Made by a program: the position numbers and the translations under genes
In this document: piece after piece, positions 57,195 to 64,000 of the stretch
Numbering within the stretch: the stretch's first letter is position 1
Layout: each line of letters starts with the position of its first letter
The notes under the pieces: generated by a model
The model's database searches: none
Told to the model about the DNA's origin: nothing
What the model saw: only the letters and a program-made list of their open reading frames with translations
DNA from: an uncultured bacterium
GTDB lineage: Bacteria; Patescibacteriota; Microgenomatia; UBA1400; MFAQ01
Direction: 5' to 3'
NCBI GenBank assembly: GCA_963980225.1
Contig: CAXBYW010000001.1
Coordinates: 35,301-99,300 of the forward strand
Length of the DNA stretch: 64,000 nucleotides

Positions 57195-58502
57195 ATGGCA
57201 GATGAAAAGAAACTAGAAAAAATTATTGCCTTAGCTAAGCGCAGGGGTTTTGTTTATCCTTCATCAGAAATATATGGTGGTTACGCCAGTGTCTACGACT
57301 TTGGTCCAAGAGGTGTGGAGTTAAAGAACAACATTAAAAAAGCCTGGTGGAAAGAAATGGTTCATCAAAGAACCGACATAGTCGGTCTAGACTCAGCCAT
57401 ATTCATGCACCCTAAGACCTGGGAAGCATCCGGTCACGTAGAAGGATTTTCTGATCCCTTGGTCGAGTGTAAAAAATGCCATCACCGGTTTAGATCAGAT
57501 CACCTTAAAGAAGAAGGTAAAACTACCTGTCCAGACTGTAGCGGTGAACTAACAGAAGAAAAAAACTTCAATCTTTTAGTAGAAGCAAAAATGGGAGTTA
57601 CCGATGAGAAAAAGTCCAAAGCTTACTTAAGAGGAGAAACCTGTCAAGGAATCTATCTAAATTTTCAAAACGTCCTAAACTCCACCAGACAAAAAATACC
57701 TTTTGGTATTGCCCAAATAGGTAAGGCATTTAGAAACGAGATCACACCCAAGAACTTTATCTTCAGAACTCGTGAGTTTGAGCAGATGGAAATGCAGTTT
57801 TTCATCGAACCAAAAGAAAAAGAGGCAGACAAGTTCTTTGAGTACTGGAAAGAGCAAAGACTCAACTGGTACCTTAACTTGGGTATAGATAAAAAGAACT
57901 TAAGATTTAGAGCTCACGCAGAAGATGAGCTAGTCCACTACGCTAAAGCAGCCGAAGACATCGAGTACAACACTTCATTTGGTGGTTGGAAAGAGTTTGA
58001 GGGGGTACATAATAGGGGAGACTGGGATCTATCTCGCCACTCCGAATATTCTGGTAAGAATTTAGGTTACCTAGAGCAAGACGGTACTAGAGTGACTCCT
58101 TGGATCATCGAAACATCTGCCGGTGTAGACAGAGCTTTCTTAATGTTTCTTCTGGATTCATACAAAGAAGACAAGGAAAAGAATCGTACTTATCTAGCCC
58201 TTCATAAATCACTAGTCCCAGTTCAGGTGGCTGTCTTCCCACTTTTAGGTAATAAACCAGAGTTAATTTCAAAAGCAAAAGAAGTCTTCGACAGCCTATC
58301 TAAAGCAGGTCTAATAGTGGAGTGGGACCAAAGAGGCAACATCGGTAAAAGATACTATGCTCAGGATGAAATAGGTACTCCACACTGCGTTACTGTAGAT
58401 TTTGATACACTAGAAAAAGGTGAGGTTACGGTTAGAGATAGAGATACAGCCAGCCAAGAAAAAGTTAGCATTGATAAACTAATTAAATACCTAAAGAAAT
58501 AA
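57195..58502 (+). CDS. glyQS: Glycine--tRNA ligase (alpha2 dimeric type)
   Basis: RRGFVYPSSEIYGGYASVYDFGPRGVELKNNIKKAWW…, class II motifs, 435 aa. TACAAT at 57182-57187, 7 nt upstream of the ATG. Confidence 0.9.
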   Translation: MADEKKLEKIIALAKRRGFVYPSSEIYGGYASVYDFGPRGVELKNNIKKAWWKEMVHQRTDIVGLDSAIFMHPKTWEASGHVEGFSDPLVECKKCHHRFRSDHLKEEGKTTCPDCSGELTEEKNFNLLVEAKMGVTDEKKSKAYLRGETCQGIYLNFQNVLNSTRQKIPFGIAQIGKAFRNEITPKNFIFRTREFEQMEMQFFIEPKEKEADKFFEYWKEQRLNWYLNLGIDKKNLRFRAHAEDELVHYAKAAEDIEYNTSFGGWKEFEGVHNRGDWDLSRHSEYSGKNLGYLEQDGTRVTPWIIETSAGVDRAFLMFLLDSYKEDKEKNRTYLALHKSLVPVQVAVFPLLGNKPELISKAKEVFDSLSKAGLIVEWDQRGNIGKRYYAQDEIGTPHCVTVDFDTLEKGEVTVRDRDTASQEKVSIDKLIKYLKK

Positions 58503-59347
58503 TGAAAAAATTTGCTCCCTTATTAACTTTGTTTGTATTGTTATCAGTCTTTTTGGTCTTTATCTTTCAAAAAAAATCATCTAACCCCACCTCTCTAGAA
58601 GGCCAAGAATCAGCTGGTGCACGTCTGGTCATCAACCAACTAGATCAAAGCAAAAGACCTTTTACTCTACTCTCTCAACACTCAACCGGAAAACTGCTGG
58701 CTCTTTTCCTACAGAACACCTCTAGTCTAGAACAGGCCACCATAGACTTAGAATATCTCTCCGGTGATCTACTAAAAGGAGCACGAAGTACTCTAAAAAC
58801 TCCAATAGAAGACCCTTATGCCAAAAGTTTTCTTTTGGGAAGTTGTTCTGCTGGAGGTAAGTGTAGTTTTGATAGAGAGTTAATATCAGGTTCTTTAAAG
58901 TTAAAATTAAGAGTTAAAGACGAGTCAGAGATTCACGTCTTAAAAGGTGACTACTCTTTTGTGGATGGTGAGACCACCACCACCGATGGTCGTATAACTT
59001 ACACACCAGCCGGCAGTCCAACTGGTGAGATACTTCTTAACACTTTAGGATTACCAGAGACATTAGAAGGTAACATGGAGCTTTACCCAATTTCTATTAC
59101 CTCAACCAACAAACAGTCAATCAAGGGAGAACTGGAGATAAGAAAGAAGGGGATAAGTAAGGTAATGGTCTATGATGGTTCCGCATATCAAGACTTGGAC
59201 GCCGTTATTAGTGAAGACACCGTCACTATTACCTTAAATCATTCTCCAAGAAAAGAAACAGTTAAGATAATAAGAGACGACCTAAAAGAAACAGAAGAAA
59301 CTCATACCTTTTATGTCTGGGGCCCTATCATTCTATTAAGCCAATAA
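58502..59347 (+). CDS. Hypothetical secreted/membrane-anchored protein
   Basis: N-terminal hydrophobic signal/anchor MKKFAPLLTLFVLLSVFLVFIF. 281 aa. Confidence 0.45.
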   Translation: MKKFAPLLTLFVLLSVFLVFIFQKKSSNPTSLEGQESAGARLVINQLDQSKRPFTLLSQHSTGKLLALFLQNTSSLEQATIDLEYLSGDLLKGARSTLKTPIEDPYAKSFLLGSCSAGGKCSFDRELISGSLKLKLRVKDESEIHVLKGDYSFVDGETTTTDGRITYTPAGSPTGEILLNTLGLPETLEGNMELYPISITSTNKQSIKGELEIRKKGISKVMVYDGSAYQDLDAVISEDTVTITLNHSPRKETVKIIRDDLKETEETHTFYVWGPIILLSQ

Positions 59348-59358
59348 AGTTTCAGAAA

Positions 59359-60381
59359 CTAACTTAAGTTTTCAATAAGATCAGCCATTCTTTTCCTGGT
59401 GATTTCCATTATTTTTCCACTCAACTCGATGTCAGTTTTTGTACTTAAACCATCCAAGTTCAATCCAGCAGCAGCTCTTTCAAGGTAAGCTAACTTCAGC
59501 AATCTTTCTTCTTCTGGGGATTTTGGTAGATCGTCAATCTTTTCCCACCACAAACTCATTTGTTCTAGTACTTCCTTTTCATTCAATTCAGAATCCGCCA
59601 AATGGTAAAGAAACCAGTGTTGCCCAAAAATTGCATCATAAAACGGTTGTCGCCAAGACCAGTAAAGATTCGACAATAAAACAATTTGTTCACCAGAAAC
59701 ATGATAGAAATCTCCATCTGATAGATGTCCATGTTGAAACTCAGGTTCTATTCCTTGATACCCATGAACTAAAATTTCTACTGCTTTATCGATCAGTTTT
59801 TCATCACCACTTTCTCTAAAAGGATGATCAGGATACATCTTGTAAGCAATTTTTCTCCAATTGGCAAAATTATTTTTAATTATCTCTCCGATTTTCCCCT
59901 CAGGCTTATCAAGCCAGGGCTCTCCTACACACTTACTTTTGTATTCATCATAAAGCTCAAAAAATAGAGAGATTTCCTTTTTGTTGGTTGGAATATTAAT
60001 CACTCTTTTGTCTGGAATCCACTCCATTACCAGGGCTTCATAGTTTCTTTCATCGCTCCAAGGAATAGTTTTTATTAACTTAGGTGGTCTGATAATCAAG
60101 CTCTTGTTTTGTTTATCAAAACCATTAATCATATCTATCTCACTAGTTTTAGGTTTTACTCCTTGAATCTTAAGGGTAGCTTTGATTCCGTCAATCTCAC
60201 CTTCACTGTGGAAAGCTCCTATCTCACTGGATCCCCACCAGGCACTTTCTCCAAGATGTTTCGTGAGTTTGAACCCTGTCTCATCCTCAATCTCTTTGAT
60301 GATCTCTTGTTTTCTCTGTTTAAGGTTAGATCCTGTTAAAACGCCCTTATACACTTCATTCTGTTTTTTAGGTTTGTTCAT
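59359..60381 (-). CDS. Kinase-like-fold phosphotransferase (APH/choline-kinase-like), tentative
   Basis: …QHGHLSDGDFYHVSGEQIVLLSNLYWSWRQPFYDAIF… resembles the APH catalytic loop (HGDxxxxN) and the DxxxxxxxDLA region. TAGAAT lies 7 nt upstream of the ATG on the minus strand. Confidence 0.4.
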   Translation of the reverse strand: MNKPKKQNEVYKGVLTGSNLKQRKQEIIKEIEDETGFKLTKHLGESAWWGSSEIGAFHSEGEIDGIKATLKIQGVKPKTSEIDMINGFDKQNKSLIIRPPKLIKTIPWSDERNYEALVMEWIPDKRVINIPTNKKEISLFFELYDEYKSKCVGEPWLDKPEGKIGEIIKNNFANWRKIAYKMYPDHPFRESGDEKLIDKAVEILVHGYQGIEPEFQHGHLSDGDFYHVSGEQIVLLSNLYWSWRQPFYDAIFGQHWFLYHLADSELNEKEVLEQMSLWWEKIDDLPKSPEEERLLKLAYLERAAAGLNLDGLSTKTDIELSGKIMEITRKRMADLIENLS

Positions 60382-60423
60382 ATTTACTATTCTAAACCAC
60401 TCATCTCAGACAAATCAAAAATC

Positions 60424-60726
60424 CTAGCACATGTCATTTACTAGTGGTACAACCTCTATGCACGGTGTACCCCAACTATGGTTATCAAAGATGAAAGCGT
60501 GAATATCTGCAAGCTTCTTATTAGTAGTCTTTAAAACTATCACCACTACATCCTCACCCTCTATTTTTTCTTTTTCCGACCACATTAAGTGGACATTCTC
60601 AAAAATTTTAGCAGTACCGCACAGATCTTTTTTTAATAATCCTCGGCAAAGTTTTTCTGCCTCTTTCTTGGTTTCGCAGGGAATATTAACGAAAACTGTT
60701 TCTATATCATTCATATACCCAATCAT
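60424..60726 (-). CDS. cutA: Divalent-cation tolerance protein CutA
   Basis: 100 aa. …LCGTAKIFENVHLMWSEKEKIEGEDVVVIVLKTTNKKLADIHAFIFDNHSWGTPCIEVVPL has CutA1-like length and block pattern. Confidence 0.6.
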   Translation of the reverse strand: MIGYMNDIETVFVNIPCETKKEAEKLCRGLLKKDLCGTAKIFENVHLMWSEKEKIEGEDVVVIVLKTTNKKLADIHAFIFDNHSWGTPCIEVVPLVNDMC

Positions 60727-60798
60727 ACACCAAAACTAATAATTCCATGACAAGTTTATGTTTTTTCTGGGTTGCTTCCATGTTCGTGAAACTGGTCC

Positions 60799-60849
60799 TT
60801 GACAACGTGATTTCTTTTCACGATACTTAAAGGTGGTGACAAGTGGTGA
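60799..60849 (+). promoter_or_regulatory. Candidate mraZ promoter with two GTGGTGA direct repeats (putative MraZ boxes)
   Basis: TTGACA at 60799-60804, a 17-nt spacer, then GATACT at 60822-60827. GTGGTGA at 60833-60839 and at 60843-60849, a 10-bp periodicity around the predicted TSS. Confidence 0.45.
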
Positions 60850-60907
60850 AATATCTTAGTAAAAATACTATATCTTTCACCAATATATAACACCTGCCTT
60901 ATGCATT

Positions 60908-61336
60908 ATGTTTATAGGACGACATTACCATCAACTAGAAGCCAAAGGCCGACTAGCTATTCCTCAAAACTTCAGACGGGCTCTAAAATCTGGTGGCGTG
61001 ATAACTTGGGGGCTAGATGGATGCCTGTTTCTTTTCCCCGCCTCATACTGGCAAGAACTCTCAGGCAAATTAGCCAAGCTTCCTCTAACCAATCCCTCGG
61101 CCAGGCAATTCACTCGTCTTCTGGTCCAATCAGCCACCGAGCTAAATCTAGACAAACAAGGGAGAACCCTAATCCCAGAGCACCTAAGAATACAAGCCAA
61201 ATTAAAAAAACAAGTCGTGGTAGCTGGAGCTCTAACCCGGGCAGAAATCTGGGATAAAGACCACTATCACAAGCACCTTGAAAAAATAACGCGTCAAGTT
61301 CCAGTAGACCAGGAACTAGCCAATTTAGGTATATGA
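60908..61336 (+). CDS. mraZ: Transcriptional regulator MraZ
   Basis: MFIGRHYHQLEAKGRLAIPQNFRR…, duplicated SpoVT/AbrB-like halves, 142 aa. The overlapping ORF 60901..61257 in another frame is rejected. Confidence 0.85.
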   Translation: MFIGRHYHQLEAKGRLAIPQNFRRALKSGGVITWGLDGCLFLFPASYWQELSGKLAKLPLTNPSARQFTRLLVQSATELNLDKQGRTLIPEHLRIQAKLKKQVVVAGALTRAEIWDKDHYHKHLEKITRQVPVDQELANLGI

Positions 61337-62223
61337 CAATCAAAATACCAAGACACAATCCAGCTTACTCTGGCCTCATAGCCAAGCTATTTAATCTAAA
61401 ACCAGGTGACCTGTTTCTAGACCTTACTCTAGGAGACGGTGGGCACACCCAAGAAGCCCTTGAGGTGGGTGCAACAGTAGTAAGTCTAGACATCGATCCT
61501 GAGTCGATAGAAAGAGCCAAAGAATTCGTTCCTAAAGATCTTCAGAAAAACTGGACTGTTATTAACTCTAATATGACCAATGTTACTGAGACTTTAAACA
61601 AATTAGGCACTAACAAATTCAAGGCCATCATGGTCGATTTAGGTCCTTCACAGTATCAGGTATTATCTCCCGAAAGAGGCTTCAGTTTCTCATCCAACGA
61701 CCATCTAGACATGAGACTAGACAAAACACTAGGTGTAACAGCCAAAGACTTCCTAGCCGCCCTTGGTCAAAAAGAACTAGAACAAATATTTCATCTAGCA
61801 GACGAACCAAAAGCAAGACAAATTGCCAAGGCGATAATAGCTCAAAGAAAGGTCTCTCCAATCAATACTGGAGAAGAGTTGGCCAAATTAGTTACTAAGG
61901 TAAAAGGTGTTTTCAAGAAAACTCACCCGGCCACCCAGGTATTTCTAGGCTTAAGGATGGCAGTCAATCTAGAAAGAGAAGTAATTCTAGATACCTTACC
62001 TCAACTTCCAGATCTGCTAGAAACAGGAGGAACATTAGGAGTCATATCCTTCCACTCAGGCGAAGACAAACTGGTGAAACAGTTTGGTAAACAGCAGGAA
62101 GAAAAACAAACATTGCGCGTTATTTACAAGAAACCTCTAAGGCCCACAGCCGAAGAGATTAACAATAATCCAAGAGTCAGAAGTGCCTTACTTAGACTCT
62201 TTGAAAAAAATGATCAAAATTAA
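61333..62223 (+). CDS. rsmH: 16S rRNA (cytosine1402-N4)-methyltransferase
   Basis: HNPAYSGLIAKLFNLKPGDLFLDLTLGDGGHTQEAL…. Immediately downstream of mraZ with an ATGA overlap. Confidence 0.85.
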   Translation: MTIKIPRHNPAYSGLIAKLFNLKPGDLFLDLTLGDGGHTQEALEVGATVVSLDIDPESIERAKEFVPKDLQKNWTVINSNMTNVTETLNKLGTNKFKAIMVDLGPSQYQVLSPERGFSFSSNDHLDMRLDKTLGVTAKDFLAALGQKELEQIFHLADEPKARQIAKAIIAQRKVSPINTGEELAKLVTKVKGVFKKTHPATQVFLGLRMAVNLEREVILDTLPQLPDLLETGGTLGVISFHSGEDKLVKQFGKQQEEKQTLRVIYKKPLRPTAEEINNNPRVRSALLRLFEKNDQN

Positions 62224-62509
62224 ACAACTAAACTTCATACTATATCTTTGTATAACTGTCATGGCGGTTACTAATCTGATTAGTACTAATGCTCTGGCTA
62301 CCAAAGGTATCGAGATAAATAATCTTTACCAGAGCTCTCAGCTACTGGAAAAAAGTAATCAGCAACTAGAAGCTGAGATAAATAAGTACAACAACCTTTC
62401 ATACATACAAGAACTTGGTATAAGTAAGGGCTTCAGGCGTATAGACAACATCAGCGTAGTATCTGCATCTAGTTTGGTAGCCAACAAACCAGATACAATC
62501 TATCCATGA
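62210..62509 (+). CDS. ftsL: FtsL-like cell division protein (small bitopic, coiled-coil)
   Basis: MIKIKQLNFILYLCITVMAVTNLI (TM), then LEKSNQQLEAEINKYNNLSYIQELG (coiled coil). Its position between rsmH and ftsI is the conserved dcw order. The alternative start at 62183 overlaps rsmH further. Confidence 0.45.
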   Translation: MIKIKQLNFILYLCITVMAVTNLISTNALATKGIEINNLYQSSQLLEKSNQQLEAEINKYNNLSYIQELGISKGFRRIDNISVVSASSLVANKPDTIYP

Positions 62510-64000
62510 CCCAAGCTGATCAACAGCTCACTCGATTCCGTCTCAAGCTAATCACCAAACTATCTCCTTTGATATTCATCATTATATTAGTCCGTCTTTT
62601 TTACTGGCAGATAATTAAGGGCCCGCAACTAAGTGCTAGAGCAACCCAACAACACAGCTCAGTTAGTGTACTAAGAGCCCGTAGGGGAGATATATACGAC
62701 ACCAATGGAGAACTTTTGGCCGGCACCAACAATCTCTATCATCTCTATCTATACAAACCTCTAATGGAGGAAACAACAGGTGTTTTAGTAGATAAACTAG
62801 CTCCAATTTTAGTCAATGATCCGCCACCAGCAAGTCCAGGAGCTGAACCCATTACTCCTAAGCAAATGTTGGAAGAAATAGAAGACTTCCTGAAAGGAAG
62901 GATGGATCTGTCCTCTAACTGGATCTCGATCAAGCACTACTTAACCACAAAACAGAAAGAGTTAATAGACGCACAAGAACTAAAAGGTCTAGACTTTGAA
63001 CCAGAATATCTTCGTTATTATCCAGAAAGTTCCTTATCTGCTCACATACTAGGTTTCGTAGGCAAGGATCTAGCCGGCCAAGAACAAGGATACTTTGGTT
63101 TAGAGGGTTTTTTCGATCGTCAACTAAAAGGTCGCTCAGGTAAAGTTAGAAGTGAAAAAGACGCCTATGGAAATCCCATCTTAATTGGCAACTATCAACT
63201 TTTACAAAGTCAAAATGGTGATTCCATAACCACGACCATAGATAAGTCCAAGCAATTTTTAATGGAGAATCTACTTAAAGAAGGTATAGCTAGGTACAGT
63301 GCCCGTTCAGGTACTGCCATCGTCATGGAAACAAAAACGGGGAAAATCAGGGCCTTAGCCAGTTTCCCAAACTACGACCCAGGTAGCTATCCAGATTTTA
63401 ATAAAGACTTCTACAAAAACCCAGTAATTGCCAGTCTTTTTGAACCAGGTTCGGTTTTCAAACCACTAATCATGGCCTCAGCACTAGACAAAAAGGCCAT
63501 CCAAAAAGACTCAATCTGTGACATCTGTAATGGCCCTATTCACATTGGGGAGTTTAGTATTAAAACGTGGGACGAGACCTATCATCCAGGCTCAAGTATG
63601 ACAGACATCTTGGTTAACTCAGACAATACGGGTATGGTTTATGTATCAAGAAAGCTTGGTGAAGAGGGCTTTTTAGACACATTAGACAGTTTTGGTTTCG
63701 ATGTGCTTACGGGAATAGAGCTTCAAGAAGAAGTCACCAGTAAACTAAAACAAGGTAGTTCATTTAGAGAAATCGACCTAGCCACTAACTCATTCGGTCA
63801 AGGAATTGCCATAACCAGGCTTCAGCTGCTCACCGCCTTCAATGCCTTGGCAAACAGCGGTTTATTAATAGAGCCAACATTAATTGAGAAGATAGGTCAA
63901 AAACAAGAACGAACAAAGGAGTCGACTAGAATCTTAAAAGAAGAAACCACTAAAGATGTGACCGACATGCTCATCCAGGTGGTCGATCAAAGTAAAATAA
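62506..64000 (+). CDS. ftsI: Penicillin-binding protein transpeptidase (FtsI/PBP2-like); the 3' end is cut by the window edge
   Basis: N-terminal TM LSPLIFIIILVRLFYWQ. PBP dimerisation domain. GSVFKP (SxxK active site) and NSDN (SxN motif). The ORF is open to the window end and absent from the ORF track for that reason. ATGA overlap with the ftsL-like gene. Confidence 0.8.
   Translation, partial: MTQADQQLTRFRLKLITKLSPLIFIIILVRLFYWQIIKGPQLSARATQQHSSVSVLRARRGDIYDTNGELLAGTNNLYHLYLYKPLMEETTGVLVDKLAPILVNDPPPASPGAEPITPKQMLEEIEDFLKGRMDLSSNWISIKHYLTTKQKELIDAQELKGLDFEPEYLRYYPESSLSAHILGFVGKDLAGQEQGYFGLEGFFDRQLKGRSGKVRSEKDAYGNPILIGNYQLLQSQNGDSITTTIDKSKQFLMENLLKEGIARYSARSGTAIVMETKTGKIRALASFPNYDPGSYPDFNKDFYKNPVIASLFEPGSVFKPLIMASALDKKAIQKDSICDICNGPIHIGEFSIKTWDETYHPGSSMTDILVNSDNTGMVYVSRKLGEEGFLDTLDSFGFDVLTGIELQEEVTSKLKQGSSFREIDLATNSFGQGIAITRLQLLTAFNALANSGLLIEPTLIEKIGQKQERTKESTRILKEETTKDVTDMLIQVVDQSKI

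Noticed and set aside
59348-59370. Palindromes AGTTTCaGAAACT and AACTTAAGTT at the convergent junction of the 281-aa gene and the kinase-like gene
   Set aside because: These are self-complementary with essentially no loop, AT-rich, and have no flanking T-run. They are not a credible intrinsic terminator. They may simply reflect coding constraints.
60901-61257. 118-aa ORF overlapping mraZ in another frame
   Set aside because: mraZ in the 60908 frame has the canonical MFxGxxxxxLDxKGRLxxP N-terminus. The overlapping frame is Ser/Arg-rich, low-complexity and an artefact.
793-62933. Numerous 60-140-aa ORFs from the six-frame track located inside or antisense to larger genes (for example 793-1047, 2025-2273, 3434-3736, 8890-9084, 10280-10796, 11001-11267, 23646-24077, 26317-27191, 31022-31276, 54136-55059, 57665-57865, 59439-60427, 61110-61358, 62745-62933)
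   Set aside because: All overlap confidently assigned CDSs on the same or the opposite strand, and they lack start-site signals or recognisable domains. They are treated as spurious.
1-64000. Searched for CRISPR arrays, tRNA/rRNA genes, transposases, integrases, and long direct or inverted nucleotide repeats
   Set aside because: No regularly spaced short repeats and no tRNA-like cloverleaf candidates in the few intergenic regions. No transposase, integrase or recombinase-like ORFs. The GT39 paralogs are too diverged to produce nucleotide-level repeats.

Overview
The window is almost entirely one very large cell-envelope glycosylation island (about 1 to 56.6 kb), followed by housekeeping genes. 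The organism is low-GC and appears to have compact genes (inference: Patescibacteria/CPR-like or a reduced Gram-positive-like lineage, based on a 179-aa RecO, an alpha2-type GlyRS, a DUF4012 protein and heavy investment in glycosyltransferases).

The island contains:
- five tandem paralogous ArnT/PMT-like GT-C glycosyltransferases (GT39/83-like, about 545 aa each), plus two more ArnT/PMT-like genes further downstream
- two tandem PIG-V-like (GT76-like) membrane mannosyltransferase paralogs
- three TM-less DPM1/GtrB-like polyprenol-phosphate-sugar synthase GT2s
- about 11 GT2 and about 7 GT4 genes in total
- three class I SAM methyltransferases
- a Wzx-like flippase, an O-antigen-ligase-like protein, an initiating phosphoglycosyl transferase with its DUF4012 partner, ManC and GalE
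- at least six further uncharacterised polytopic membrane proteins, including a 1024-aa giant

Most genes are chained by 4-nt ATGA/TAATG overlaps.

Three compact cassettes are embedded in the island. Each has its own strong Shine-Dalgarno site and rho-independent terminator, and each is inserted between glycosyltransferase genes:
- a 60-aa two-TM protein, also with a near-consensus sigma70 promoter
- a 283-aa orphan soluble protein
- a tandem pair of paralogous doubly anchored proteins, also with an extended -10 promoter

Other oddities: a truncated HlyD-like fragment wedged antisense between GT39 paralogs, a ferredoxin translationally coupled inside a GT operon, and a YkgJ/FliB-type Cys-cluster protein next to a hexapeptide acetyltransferase.

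Many gene starts carry a TA(T/C)AAT hexamer 7 to 9 nt upstream of the ATG and no Shine-Dalgarno site, which suggests frequent leaderless transcripts.

The 3' end holds RecO, GlyRS, a secreted hypothetical, an APH-like kinase-fold protein, CutA, and the start of the dcw cluster (mraZ with candidate MraZ boxes, rsmH, an ftsL-like gene, and an ftsI/PBP truncated by the window edge). No tRNA, rRNA, CRISPR array, transposase or integrase was recognised.
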